A stretch of 64,000 nt of DNA, from contig NC_045697.1 in the NCBI RefSeq assembly GCF_009834535.1, positions 28,398,001 to 28,462,000 on the forward strand, given 5' to 3'. The stretch is from Camelus ferus. Taxonomy: Eukaryota. Under the pieces are notes generated by a model, which was not told the origin of the DNA, did no database searches, and saw nothing but the letters and a program-made list of their open reading frames with translations. The position numbers were made by a program, and so were the translations under genes. Of this stretch, positions 1 through 12,945 are shown piece by piece (the stretch's first letter is position 1; every line of letters begins with the position of its first letter).

Positions 1-234
1 TCCCCTGAGATTCCTTCCAGAAGCTAGAACCTCAGGTTGGAGGCAGGAGAGGAGGCTACGGTCTGAACACTTCTCTGAGAAGAGCGCTCTTAAGGATCCT
101 TGGGGAACATTTGTGTGCTAAGTGGTTCCAGGTGAAAACTGAGTAAGACTAGGTAGATAGAAATAATATCTCGAGGCACCTACTTCTTTAGAAAATCTTT
201 CACGGGATTATTTAAATTAGCTATTCTTTAAATA

Positions 235-625
235 CAATGCAATACTACTTGGCCATAAAAAAGAATGAAATAATGCCATTTGCAGCAATATGGATGGACC
301 TAGAGATTATCATATTAAGTGAAGTGAGTCAAAAAGACAAAGACAAATATCATATGATATCATTCATACATGGAATCTTAAAAAATGATACAAAGGAACT
401 TACTTCCAAAACAGAAATAGGCTCCCAGACATAGAAAACAAACTTATGATTACCCAAAGAGGAAAGGAGTAGGGGGAGGGATAAATTCGGAATTTGGGGT
501 TAACAGATATACGCTACTATACATAAAATACATAAACAACAAGGACCTATATTTGTCTTTCTCTTTCTGACTCACTTCACTTACTGCGATAATCCCTAGG
601 TCCATTCATGTTGCTACAAATGGCA
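235..625 (+). mobile_element. LINE-1 3' fragment (ORF2 end/3' UTR) joined to a short inverted L1 piece
   Basis: YYLAIKKNEIMPFAAIWMDLEIIILSEVSQ is the typical L1 ORF2 C-terminal remnant; 549-625 is the reverse complement of 274-350. Confidence 0.88.
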
Positions 626-869
626 ACTTACTGCCTTATTTTATGCAGTTTTATATATTTCTCTTTCATACGTTTCAGTCTTATTTTCCCATTAAGATTA
701 TTGGCTCCTGAGAGCAAGTCCCTGCACCATTTATTTCAGCCTCTCAGGGCAGGGCAAGACGGGCACTGAGTAAGGGCTCAGCAAGTACCTGTTAAATAGA
801 CTGGAAACCGATCATGAGGCTCAGTGTGAAGAGAGCTCAACCAGAAATGTAAACCCCAGGAGGACCAAT

Positions 870-1290
870 AATAATAACATCCATGTTTAAGCAGTAGCTC
901 TTAGGTGCTCTATTCAATGCTACATATCTATACACACATTAGCTCTACATCTAACAACAACTTTACATAGGGTATTGTTATTTTCAACTTCATTTTATAG
1001 CTCAAGATATGAAGAGGTTTCAGAAAGGTTAAGTGACTTGTCTAAGGTCACTATGGTTAGTAACTGAACGTCAAGCCCAAGTGTGCTGACCCCAAACCCC
1101 ACACTATTTCCACTGGCTTTCTATTTTGTGCCATGCTTGTCACCCTTTTATAATAACAGTAATAATAGCGAAGGCTTATACAGAGGTTACTCTGTGCCAG
1201 GCACTGTTCTAAAGTGCATTAACTCATTCAATTTTTACCACAGGCCTAAGAGATGAGCTCTATTATTATCCATTTACAGAATTTAGAGAT
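870..1290. mobile_element. MIR SINE remnants
   Basis: cattttatag...gaaaggttaagtgacttgtctaaggtcac core; similar remnants near 3370, 5260-5600, 8110-8260, 40110-40270, 43330-43550, 47290-47420, 48470-48660. Confidence 0.7.
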
Positions 1291-1702
1291 TGTATTATCC
1301 TGGACTTCTCAGTGAGGGCCAAAAGAAAACTCTGTAGAACAGTGGAAGATTGCTGCTCTGAGTCTCTTTATGGAGAGGAAGAAACCCTAGATTCCACATG
1401 GTATCTCACCTGCACCCAGCCCCATGAGGGCCCAGAAGTGAGCCAGGGAGAGGAGAAGTTAAGGTGGAGCTTGCACAAGGGCTCTCTGCCTGCCCCTTGG
1501 CGATCCTACAGGAGATCCTTTAGGTTGGAACCACAGGAGAAGTGAACAGCATGCAGACTTTGAGGTCATCAGGGTTCCCTGGCAGCTTTCCCCTACATCA
1601 TCCTTTGCTTCATTAATTTGTCCATGAAAAAACCTTCTACCAGCCAACTCACAACCCTGTGTATAAGGACAATAACGATTAATAATGTTTTCTTTTTATT
1701 AG

Positions 1703-2213
1703 GCTCATTCAAAAGTTTGGCATAACTACAACAGAAATTTCCGCCCACATCAGAAAGGTTGGTTATCGATCACATTGGGTTCCCATTGGATTGAGCCAAA
1801 CAGATCAGAAAACACAATGGATATAATCAAGTGCCAGCAATCCATGGTTTCTGTGCTCGGGTGGTTTGCCAACCCTATCCACGGGGATGGCGACTACCCA
1901 GAGGTGATGAAAAAGAAGTTGCTCTCCATTCTACCCCTTTTCTCCGAAGCAGAGCAGAATGAGGTGAGAGGCACAGCTGACTTCTTTGCCTTTTCCTTTG
2001 GACCCAACAATTTCAAGCCCCAGAACACCATGGCTAAAATAGGACAAAATGTGTCACTCAATTTAAGAGAAGTGCTGAACTGGATTAAACTGGAATATGG
2101 CAATCCCCGAATCCTGATTACTGAGAATGGCTGGTTTACAGACAATCATGTGAAAACAGAAGATACCACAGCCATCTATATGATGAAGAACTTCCTCAAC
2201 CAGATTCTTCAAG
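1703..2213 (+). CDS. KLB: Beta-klotho exon 2 (KL1 glycosidase-like domain); gene is 5'-partial in this window
   Basis: ttattag|GCT acceptor and CAAG|gttagt donor; 511 nt; AHSKVWHNY...GSHWIEPNR...ITENGWF. Confidence 0.97.
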
Positions 2214-3940
2214 GTTAGTTGCACATTAGCTCAGTTTTAAAAATTGTTTGGAATCCTTAGGCTATAGGATACTTGAAGTCGATTGAATATACAATTATTG
2301 TTGTTGTTGGACTTTTGTATGGTCCAATGTGGACAGAAATTTTTTAATGTTTCTCTGTCCTTTTTAGATAGAAGTTTGAAAACAAAATAATTTTAGACTG
2401 TAGATACATCCTTAATTGGCAATAAGATGCTGTTTCATTCCTTTAAAAAGGACATAACTGCTGAGACAGACACATATAAAGCTCTCTTAACGACAGTACT
2501 TTAGTCTAAGATGCTGAGAGCTTTTCTTGAAATTGTGCTCCTTTCACTCTACTACATGACTGAAATGACAAAAACGTCTAAAGACAAAGAATGGCCATGA
2601 ATGGCAAAGCTGGGCAATTTTTGTTGCTCTTGGATATTTCTCTAACTCCTGCTTATCCCTGCATTCCTTTTCCATTACTCAGGTAGTGACATCTGCAGAT
2701 GGCTGACTGAAATAATGGAGCAGAGGACAAGCTCAAATTAGGATGATACTGTCCCCTACAGAGCTGGGTTCCATTTCACTCAAACATAAAGGAATTCTCG
2801 GTAGATCTTTCTACAACACTGTAGCTCTCTTTGAAAGTCACAAGCTTGGAGAAAAATCCTAGGTTCTGCAGGAGAGAGTGTTCAGGGAGGTGCCCCAAGG
2901 AGAGCAAGATCCTGTTGCCCCAATCCACAAAAGGAGCACCTGGAACAAGGCCATGCCCAGCCAGGGGGCACGTGCACAAGGGGGCCTCCAGAACAGAGAC
3001 CTCTGCCTACAGGGCCTGGGCCAAACGCCATGCACTTGGGCAGAGGGGTGTCATCATTCCATCTCTCCTACAGCACCAAATGGACTAGAACCAGGGCCTG
3101 CTGAAACATACTTATCTCACTGAAATCTCTTGGCATGGATTTTCCATCTTTTAGGAAAAGGATGTCAGTGATAAAACCCCCTAAATGCAGAAATGAGGAA
3201 TTTCTATGAGAAAAACGAAAGCTTTTAAGCAAAGAAAAAATGGTTCATGATTGATCTGGGTATGTGTTGTTTTTATTGCCTATTTCATTTTTACCTAATT
3301 CCCGGATGTTATTGAATCGAGTTCTAAAGCTAGGAAGTTCCTGAGAGATCATCTTTTCCAGTCTTTTCTATTTGCAAGTGAGGAAACTGAGGTCACGAAA
3401 CTTGCCCAAGTGCACCCTCCCTGGAGCATAGTGGAGCAAGCCCTCTCACCTCCTCCCCCTCCACCCAGTCAGTTCTTGTTCTTGGTGCTTCTGTCTCCTC
3501 CTTAAATCTACATCCACATATGTTAATTCTCAAAGCTGATGTTTCAGTCCTTGGAGGATTGTTTCATAGAAGATAGTTTGTCCCAAAATGGGAACCAATC
3601 CAAGCTTGAGAAACTCTTGGTCACGAGCTGGCAGTGGCATTGGTCCCAAAGGGTTCTGGAAATTACTATGCCCCCGGACACAGACTTGCACACTATGTCT
3701 CAGGAATATTTAAAATTTGATCCTTTACCTGTGTCATTGATTTAGGAGGACCATTCTAGATAAAAATAACTGACACTTTTCAAATAGAAACATGAATTTT
3801 TCTATCTCATATAATAGGCCTACAAATTAGGGAAAAGGGTATTTTCACAATATGCTTCCCCTGGCACATCATTAGGCAAGTCCTGAACACAAACCGGTGG
3901 TTAGGCCTCTGAACACCTCTGCTTTTTTCCTTCTGTACAG

Positions 3941-4209
3941 CAATAAAGTTTGATGAAATACGAGTGTTTGGTTACACTGCCTGGTCCCTCCTGGATGGCT
4001 TTGAATGGCAGGATGCCTACACCACTCGCCGAGGATTATTTTATGTGGATTTTAATAGTCAACAAAAAGAAAGGAAGCCCAAGTCATCAGCACATTACTA
4101 CAGACAGATCATACAAGACAACGGGTTCACTTTAAAAGAGTCCACACCAGATGTACAGGGCCAGTTCCCCTGCGACTTCTCCTGGGGCGTCACCGAATCT
4201 GTCCTTAAG
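3941..4209 (+). CDS. KLB: Beta-klotho exon 3
   Basis: gtacag|CA and AAG|gtaagt; 269 nt; phase 1 start; [24 protein letters not shown]...[11 protein letters not shown]. Confidence 0.97.
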
Positions 4210-4779
4210 GTAAGTGGCTACTTACAAATTAACCACAAAGCAGAGCAAAGAGTACACAATATTTTATTTCATTCTACTCAATGAAATCTAAAGCATAGCT
4301 GTTGGACAATATCAAAGACCATGATTATTTGGAGGTTATGGGGGATGTTGGAGAAAGAGGGAGGAAGAAGAAAAGATTTGATGCCTACTGAGAGCCTTTC
4401 ATGTGCTGACTCACACTGCCCCTGAGAAGCATCCAGTCTAGCAGGAATGTACAGTCATTTTCATGAGAGGCATTTGTTAGCAGCGTCAAAATTACAGGGA
4501 AAAAACTTCATAGATTTTTGTTTTGCCAAAAGCAAATTGTTAATGGCCTTTTATTTAAGTGATTCCTGTCATTTGCTAAATTTGGGTCTCCGTACCCCAG
4601 TTGGGCCTTCCAACTTGTGTCGTTCTTCACTTTCAGTTGTTTCCTCAAGTGTCACCTCCTCAGTAAGGCTTCCCTCCACTCCAAAAGGCATAACCCTACA
4701 CCAACACCTCTCATTCCCCTTTCCTGCTTGCTTTTACTGCACAGCATTCCTCACTCTCTAATACACTATGTACTTCACA

Positions 4780-5100
4780 CATTTTTCTTTTTTTCCTCCA
4801 GCTTTATTGAGGTATAATTGACATACAATGTTGTGTAAATTTGAGGTGTACAGTGTGTCGATTTGATGTTTATATTATTGTGAAATCATTACCACTATGG
4901 CATGAACTATCACTTCCATACCATCACATGTGATTCCCATTTCTTTTTTGTGGTGAGAATATTTAAGATCTACTCTCTTAGTAACTTTCAAGTGTATGAT
5001 ACAATACTATTAGCTATAGTTACTATGCTGCACAGTAGACCGTCCTTTAGCGAGTTTCTCCCCATTTCCCCTACCCCCCAGCCCCTGGTAACCACTTTAT
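4780..5100 (-). mobile_element. LINE-1 3' end fragment, antisense
   Basis: T-rich tail then ctttattgaggtataattgacatac...atttaagatctactctcttag. Confidence 0.75.
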
Positions 5101-6399
5101 ATTTTTTCTTAGTGATCACCTATCTTCCCCTACTAGAATGTAGACTTTCTCTGCAAGAGATGTTTGAGGCTTTGCTGCCTGCTATCTGCCTTACTAGAGC
5201 AGTATCAGGCACGTGGCAGGTGCTCAGTGCACAGTGAATGAATAAGGTCAACTTTTAGAGCCAAGGGAGCCCTTAGAGACCTCTTATTCCAAATCCTTCA
5301 TTTTATAGAGGAAGAAAGCAAGACCCATTAATTAATCACTGAGACCTAAGTGACTTGCCCAAGGCAACACAAATAGTGGTAGAACTATTGCAGACAACCC
5401 TCAAACCCCCAGATGCGCAGTGCTCTTTCCAAAATAATAACTATTTTTGAAACTCCTACTATGTGCCAGGCACTTAACTGCTCTGTATATATGCATTCCG
5501 TCTAATTAATCTTCAAACCTTCATTTTATAGACAAAGAAACTGAAGTTTAGGAAGGTTACATACCTTGTCCAGGTCACTCGTATCTGCCTGTCTTCTGAC
5601 CATTACGCTGTAATACCGCACAATACCACACCATTGATTGTATTCTAGAGGCATATGGAAAAGCAAGATGTGCAAGGCATGGGACCAGACAAAAGAACCC
5701 AAACCATGAGTAAGCAAAGTTCACAGGTTATGAATTTCAACCCCTGCTGATATTTAAACATAACTTTAGTAAAAGCTCAGAGATGATAAAAGGGGAAAAA
5801 ATAGAGAGAGTATTATAAACATAGTGACTTGCCTTCAGTTTGTGCCCCCTAGAGAGCCACCTACTTACCCAGGGTCTATCTCCTTCTCTACATGGCCCAG
5901 GCAGGCCATCTTTTCCCTACCATTTCAAGTAGGTTTATATTTTCCAAAATTCCAGAACCAGCAAAGAGAGATCCCAGGACAGACAGGAGTTCTTGCCTGT
6001 ACATGACCCAGCCAGCAAGTTTCTACTTCATCTGAAGACCCATCTGTTTCCCTGTAACTGACACTGTAAATGTCTGCACCCTCTGAGGACCCTATTCCTT
6101 CTCCTAAGAGCAAGAGCTGATCACTTGTGTCAGGGAAAATAATTCTGTGATCAGCCAGGTCTGGGTTTCATGCTCATACCTGGAGCTCAGCAAGGAGTCA
6201 GCATCCCTTGAACTTGGACCAAGAGTGAGGATGAATGGTTTGTGAAAAAAAATTAGAGTGTGTTTGAAAAATCAGCCAGAGGATGTACGAGCAGATGCTG
6301 GGTAGTCAAAAGACTAGATGCCCTCTATAGGAAGACTGACAAAATGAAAATAACACTTTTTACTATGCTTACCCACACACACATCTTATTTCCCTCAAC

Positions 6400-7560
6400 C
6401 TTTTTCTCCAACACTTTGTTTCAAAAAATTTCAAACTAGTCAATAAACACCTATAATCCCTTCATCAAGATTGGCCGAATGTTAACATGTTGCCATGTTT
6501 GCTTTCTCTCTGTATCTCCATTTATGAACCATTAAAAGGCTACAGACATCATTACTCTTCACCCCAAAATACTACAGCATATATCTCCTAAGAACAAGGA
6601 CATTCTCCTATTTCATTATGTATTATTAGACTCGGGAAATTTAATATTGATTTAATATCATTTAACATACAATTCATATTCAAGTTTTCCTAAATGTTCC
6701 CAAAATGTCCTTTATAGACTTAGTAAATGTTCTTTTAATCACAAACAAGGAACACACATTGATTTTTTGTAAATCTTTATCCTCCTTTAATTCAGAGCAA
6801 TCCCCCAACGTCATGGTATTGACATTTTTGAAAAGTTCAGGCCAGTTGCTTGTAGAGTATCTTATGGATTTCTGTTTCTTTATTAGATTCAGTTAATCAT
6901 TTCTGGAAATAATGTTACATATATGATGTGTATTTCCCAATACATCACATTAGGAGGCACATGAAGTCAGTTTGTTTCATTACTGAAGACATTAGTTGAA
7001 GCTGTAGTCACCAGATTTCTTGGTTAAGGTGGTGTTTTTCAGATCTCTTAACTGAAAGGTACCTTTTCCATTTGTAATTAAGAATTAATCTGATAATAGT
7101 ACTTTGAGACCATATAAATATCTTGTTCCCCAGCAACATTCAACCAATAGTCTTAACATTGATTCATAAACCTTGCCTGAATTATTACTGTGTAGATTGC
7201 AAAATGGTGAATTTCTAATTATATCATTCCTTCTATCTGTATTAGGTGAATTATTTTAAATTCCATGTGTTTTAATTGTCATTGTTTCATTGCACTTTTG
7301 ATGCTCAAATTATCTCAGATTTGGCCAATGGGATTCTTTCAAGCCGTTCCTGTGTCTTTTTGACATTTACCTTTCAGTTTTTAAACACTTCCTTATTTTT
7401 CTGGCACAAGACACAGCAGCATTACCTCATTCTTTTCCTGCTCCAGACCTGGAAAAAGCCACTTCTCCAAGGAGACTAGGACCCTTTTAGAGGAAAACAG
7501 TACTATAGAACCAAGCTCTGGGAGCTAGGGTTGAGATCAGGGTGCATCATTTTAATTATT
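6400..7560 (-). mobile_element. Old L1M-type LINE remnant
   Basis: AT-rich degenerate L1 3' UTR-like motifs (agaacaaggacattctcc, tttgatgctcaaattatctcagatttggcc). Confidence 0.55.
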
Positions 7561-9094
7561 TCTTGTAGCAGATTAATCACACCCACTTGCTAAGACTGAT
7601 GTGTTCCAGAGGTTTTAAAAGTAAGGCAGGTTTTCCTTTGATTGTGCCTTACTTTATGGCAGAATTGCCCTTTGTAAGTACCCTTTCCATACCATGATGC
7701 TCTGAGGTTTCAAAACACTGCAACTGGCCATCTAGGCTAGGATTTTACTCAAATAATTATATACAGATTTAACTTCATGCTCACATGATCAATGTTCTCT
7801 CAGTTTAATGTTCTAGATAACTGGTTGGCAGATGGCAAGTGGGCAATGATATGATTTTGTAATTAGACTATGAAAGATGACACACGAGAAAACAATTAGA
7901 GGGAAAATATTTACCAAAGGTTAAGTACCATTTATTCCAGGTGCATTTAAATTCAATCATAGGAAGAAAAAGCACTTTAAAACAAATACAGAACTTTTAC
8001 TTTCTCTTATTAATCCTGAATTTGGAAATGTTTTTCTTAAGCCCTTTTCTGTTTTAATTTAGACTCAAGGGCCTAGCAGGCAATTATTGCAGGGAAATCA
8101 AACCCAAGTCTTAAGTACCTTATGTTTGTAGAGTGCTTTGCAGTTGACAGAGCAGTTGCCCAGAGTCACTGACTCCTCACAGCACACCTGTGAGGTGGGT
8201 GAGATTGCTCCGTCACTATACAGAGTTGCTAAGCCTGAGTTTCAAAGGGGCAGAACTATAACAAGAGTTATAGGGCTCTCTCCTTGGCGGAGGGACAGGG
8301 AATGGGACATCGTCAGATCCAAGAGTCAAATGGGGAATTTCTGGTGGGTAGTTTACAGTCCTCTCCTCTCATATTCCAAAAACTTTGTATAAGGAGGGTG
8401 TTCATTATTCTCGCTTTGGATGAATAAATGCTATGTTCTCACAGGCACATGGGTGGGGGAGAACAGATTGATGCACATAAGATTATCATGTAGACTTTTC
8501 AAATAGGGGGTGTTAGAAAATGCATTCAGCAAGTGCAAGGGGTCATTCCCTACCCCATCCTACTGGCCTCTTTTAGGAACTGTGGTTGGGGTCAGCCAGC
8601 CTCCTCTAACCCCAAGGCTGATCACAGTGAAATTTTCTACAACTGGAATGTTAAACTTTGCCTTCAGTTTATAGTATGGTTTGAAAGGTCCATCTTTTGT
8701 GATTCCCTTTAACTGAGAGTCAATTTCCAGATGCAGTTGAACTGAATCACATGAGACCTCCAATATATTACCTGGGTTTTTGGAATGAACAAACTGGAAG
8801 ACAGCTTCTTGGTGTTTTCTGACAACTTGTCTTCCAAGCCCTGGGTGTCGTTCCTTCTCTGCATTTTCTGGTCTCCCTGGGATATTTCAAGGGCTGGAAG
8901 GGAGGATAATCCATCAGGCCTTTTCTCTGACATCAGCAGGAGAAAAGGTTGTTGTGAAGAACATGTGCCTCATTTATTTTCTCTATTGTCAGTGAGAGGC
9001 AAAATGCAATGAGGCTCTTCTTCCTCTCAGAGGATGTATGCTAAGAGTCTGCCTGCCGGGGTGTGCTTTACCTGAATGTGATTGTTTTTCACAG

Positions 9095-10235
9095 CCGGAG
9101 TTGGTGGCTTCCTCCCCACAGTTCAACGATCCTCACCTGTATGTGTGGAATGTGACGGGCAACAGACTGTTGCACCGAGTGGAAGGAGTGAGGCTGAAAA
9201 CACGGCCAGCTCAATGCACGGATTTGGTCAGCATCAAAAGACAGCTTGAGATGTTGGCAAGAATGAAAGTCACCCACTACAGGTTTGCTCTGGACTGGCC
9301 TTCAATCCTTCCCACTGGCAAACTGTCCACAGTGAACCGACAGGCTTTGAGGTACTACAGGTGTATTGTCAGTGAGGGGCTGAAGCTCAACGTCTCCTCC
9401 ATGGTCACGTTGTACTATCCGACCCACGCCCACCTAGGCCTCCCCGCGCCTCTGCTGCACGGCGGCGGGTGGCTGAACCGGTCCACCGCCCAGGCCTTCC
9501 AGGACTACGCAGACCTGTGCTTCCAGGAGCTGGGGGACCTGGTGAAGCTCTGGATCACCATCAACGAGCCTAACCGGCTGAGTGACATCTACAACCGCAC
9601 AAGTAACGACACCTACTGGGCAGCCCACAACCTGCTGATCGCCCACGCCCGGGTCTGGCACCTCTATGACCGGCAGTACAGGCCTGCGCAGCGCGGGGCC
9701 GTTTCGCTGTCTCTGCACTCGGACTGGGCCGAACCCGCCAATCCCTACGCCGACTCGCACTGGAGGGCGGCCGAGCGCTTCCTCCAGTTTGAAATCGCCT
9801 GGTTCGCAGAACCCCTCAAGACCGGGGACTACCCGTTGGCCATGAGGGAGTACATCGCCTTCAAGAACAGGCAAGGGCTCTCGCGCTCCATGCTGCCTCA
9901 GTTCACCGAGGAGGAGAGGAAGCTGGTCAAGGGCACTGCCGACTTCTACGCCCTGAACCACTTCACCACCAGGTTCGTGATGCATAAGCGCCAGAACGGC
10001 AGCAGCTACGACGCGGACAGGGACATCCAGTTCCTGCAGGACATTACCTGCCTGAGCTCCCCTACCCGCCTGGCCGTGATGCCCTGGGGAGAGCGCAGGG
10101 TGCTGAGGTGGATCCGGAAGAACTATGGAGACGTGGATGTTTACATCACGGCCAGTGGCATCGACGACCAGTCCCTGGAAAATGATGAACTCCGAAAATA
10201 CTACTTAGAGAAATACATTCAGGAGGCTTTGAAAG
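9095..10235 (+). CDS. KLB: Beta-klotho exon 4 (KL2 domain)
   Basis: ttcacag|CCG and AAAG|gtgag; 1141 nt; [24 protein letters not shown] motifs. Confidence 0.97.
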
Positions 10236-11104
10236 GTGAGTTTCTAGGGGCATTTCAGACACAGTGGAGTATGACATACCTAGTTAATATTAAAAGAATG
10301 AGGGGAACAAGTTCATTAGTGACAGTGTCACTTCACCATGGAAAATTTGACAGGTATAGAAAAGTATTTTAAAAACACCTGAAATCTCACTCCCCCCACA
10401 AAAGCACCCAGACTTCTGCTGGCTAGACATCTTTAATACAACTGAGCTTACACTGTAATAGTCTTGTAGCCAACTTTTGTCTTAACATCACATTATAAAT
10501 GTGTACCATGTCATTAGAAGTTCCTTGTTAACATTAATGGTTGCTTAATATCTCATATGGATATATCTCTGTGTACTTAACCACCCTCTAATGTTTGACA
10601 TTTAGGTTTTTTAACTACTAAAACATAAGTATCATTCTATATAAATCTTTCTCTTCATTTCTAATGATCTCTTTAGGATGGATTGCCCAACATGGTATTA
10701 TTGGGTCAAATATTAAAAAATAATAAACACCAGTGTTTGTGAGTGCTTATCTCACATACTCTTCCCAGCACTGGCTATTATCACATTTTTTTAAAATGTG
10801 ATTTTTAAATGTTCCATGATCAATTTGTTGAAGCTGCAAAAAGCTCCCAGAAATTTACTCACTTATTTGGCAAGTATTTATTGAGCAGCTAATATGGGCA
10901 AAAGCTATTCTGGACACTATATCACCTTTGAACAAAATAAAAATTACCATCCTTATGGGGCCTACGGTTTTCTGGGATAAGGGTCAACAAACAAGTGTAA
11001 GATATAGTGTGTCAGAGGTAAAAAGGTCTTTGGGGAAAGAAGAGCAGCAAAGAGGATGCCCAAGGGTGGAAGATAGAAGTGGTTACAATTCTAGAGTGGT
11101 TAGA

Positions 11105-11157
11105 CTGTACACCAGAAATTGACACATTGTAACTGACTATACTTAAAAAAAAAAAAA
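11105..11157 (+). mobile_element. Extremely 5'-truncated L1 (3' terminus plus polyA) with target-site duplication
   Basis: ctgtacaccagaaattgacacattgtaactgactatactt-An flanked by AGAGTGGTTAGA and AGAGTGGTCAGA. Confidence 0.8.
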
Positions 11158-12018
11158 AGAGTGGTCAGAGAACTTCAAAGATCTGGAGAATTGGGGCAAA
11201 AAATGAGGTAGTTACCTAACAAAGGTGTTCCAGGTGAGAGAAGAGCACATGCAAAAACCCTAAAGTGGGGGCATGCCTGGCCTATTTGAGGATCAGGAAA
11301 GATGTCAAAATGGTTAAATCATGAGCAACGGGGAAAGTAATAGATGATGTCAAGGAAGTAAGGGAAGAGGCAAATCAGGTAGGGCTTAGTAGGCCACTGT
11401 AAGAACTATGGCTCTTACTCTGAGACAGGAAGGTTCCGAAAGGTTTTAAACAGAAGCGTGACATGATCTCACACTTGAATTACTCTGGCTGCTCTTTTGT
11501 GAATACGTTGTAAAGGAGCAAGAATTCACACAGTGAGTGTTGCACTGGTCTGGGTAAGAGATAATGGTGGATTGGATCAGGTTATTAAGAGTGGAGATGG
11601 TGAGTAGTGGCTAGGTTCTGACTACCTTTGAAGGCAGTCAACAGGATTGGACGTGGGTATGAGAGAAGAGTGAAAGATGATTCCAACAGTTTGGCTTGAG
11701 TAACTGAAAGGATGAGTGGCCATTTAGCAGGTTGAGGGAGACTGGTAGCAACAGGTTTTTGGAGATGAGTTGTTTGGTGTTCCACTGATTAAGTTTGAGG
11801 TATTTCTTAGACATCCAATTAGAGATGCCAAGTAGGCTAGATGCAAAGTAGGCTAACAGATGAAGTTTCAGGTTCAGAGGAGAGGTCTAGGGCTGAGATA
11901 CAAATTTGGGAATCAAGAGCAAATCGATGTATTTAAAATAAAGCTGGATGAGAGCCCTAAAACAGCAAGCACAGAGAAGAGGGCTGAGCCCTGGTATACT
12001 TCAATATTCAGAGGTTGT

Positions 12019-12112
12019 GGGGGGTGGGTATAACTCAGTGGTAGAGCACATGCTTAGCATGCACAAAGTCCTGTGTTCAACACCCAGTACCTCTATTAAA
12101 AATATATATATA
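12019..12112 (+). mobile_element. tRNA-derived SINE (camelid Vic-1-like)
   Basis: A-box taactcagtggtagagc and degenerate B-box gtgttcaacacc; AT tail. Confidence 0.82.
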
Positions 12113-12945
12113 TCCAGAAGTCAGAGAGATGATAAACCAATAAAAGGAGCCAGAGATGTAAAAGATAACTAGAGGGTGATGTGCAGTCAAAGGAGGCTGT
12201 TGTTTTTGGTTATTAAGATACCAGAAGTTACAGCATTTTTACATGGTAACGATCCAGTAGTGAGGTAAAAATACATGAGAAAAGAGAGGGGAAAACAATG
12301 GAGCAATGTCCTTGAATGGGCAAGAAAGAATAAACTTACAGTGTATAAGTGGAGGTCAGCCTCTTTCAGGAGCACGGACAGGTCATCCACGGTGAGAGAG
12401 AAGGGAGAGTGAGTGCAGATGCCAGTATATGGGTAGTTATGATTGTAGGAGACTGACTTTCTAAGTGCTTTAGTTTTTCAGCAAAGTAAGGAGGACGGTC
12501 ATCACTTCAAATAAGGACAGAGGTGCTGTAAGTTTGAGGACAGAGAGTAGGTAGGAAAAAGTCAAGTAGGAGAGCTGGGGAAACCGCGTATGGTTATAGG
12601 GCAGCAACAAAAGAGCACATCTTAGATTTAGAATCAGTCCAAACAGGCAAGATTTTTCTGCTTTTGACATTGAACAGAAGTAACAGTATCATGTGACCTT
12701 CATGGCTCCAATTCTTAAATCTGCTTTTCCAGGTGTTTGTTATTTATAAAGTTTTACTTCAAATTTCTTTGTAAACTTATATTATTATACATATTTTCAC
12801 CTTAAGTAAGATCAACCATAGAAGAATGTCAAAAAAACCTTTAATGAAAATCAATTTTTGAGTTTGTTTCAATGAAAACTAAATTATTCAAATATATTTT
12901 ATAGTCCATTTGTGATTTATAATGTTCATTTCTGTTATTTTTCAG

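Larger units (their letters stand above)
10850..12560 (-). mobile_element. L2 LINE remnant carrying nested younger insertions
   Basis: tatttattgagc...L2 tail at 10860-10920, purine-rich L2 body; interrupted at 11105 and 12019. Confidence 0.7.

Noticed and set aside
9434..9985. 183-aa antisense ORF over KLB exon 4
   Set aside because: Expected shadow of GC3-rich codons on the opposite strand; no recognisable protein.
9038..10372. 444-aa ORF as a stand-alone glycosidase gene
   Set aside because: It is KLB exon 4 with read-through into both flanking introns; splice sites and phases fit the spliced gene.
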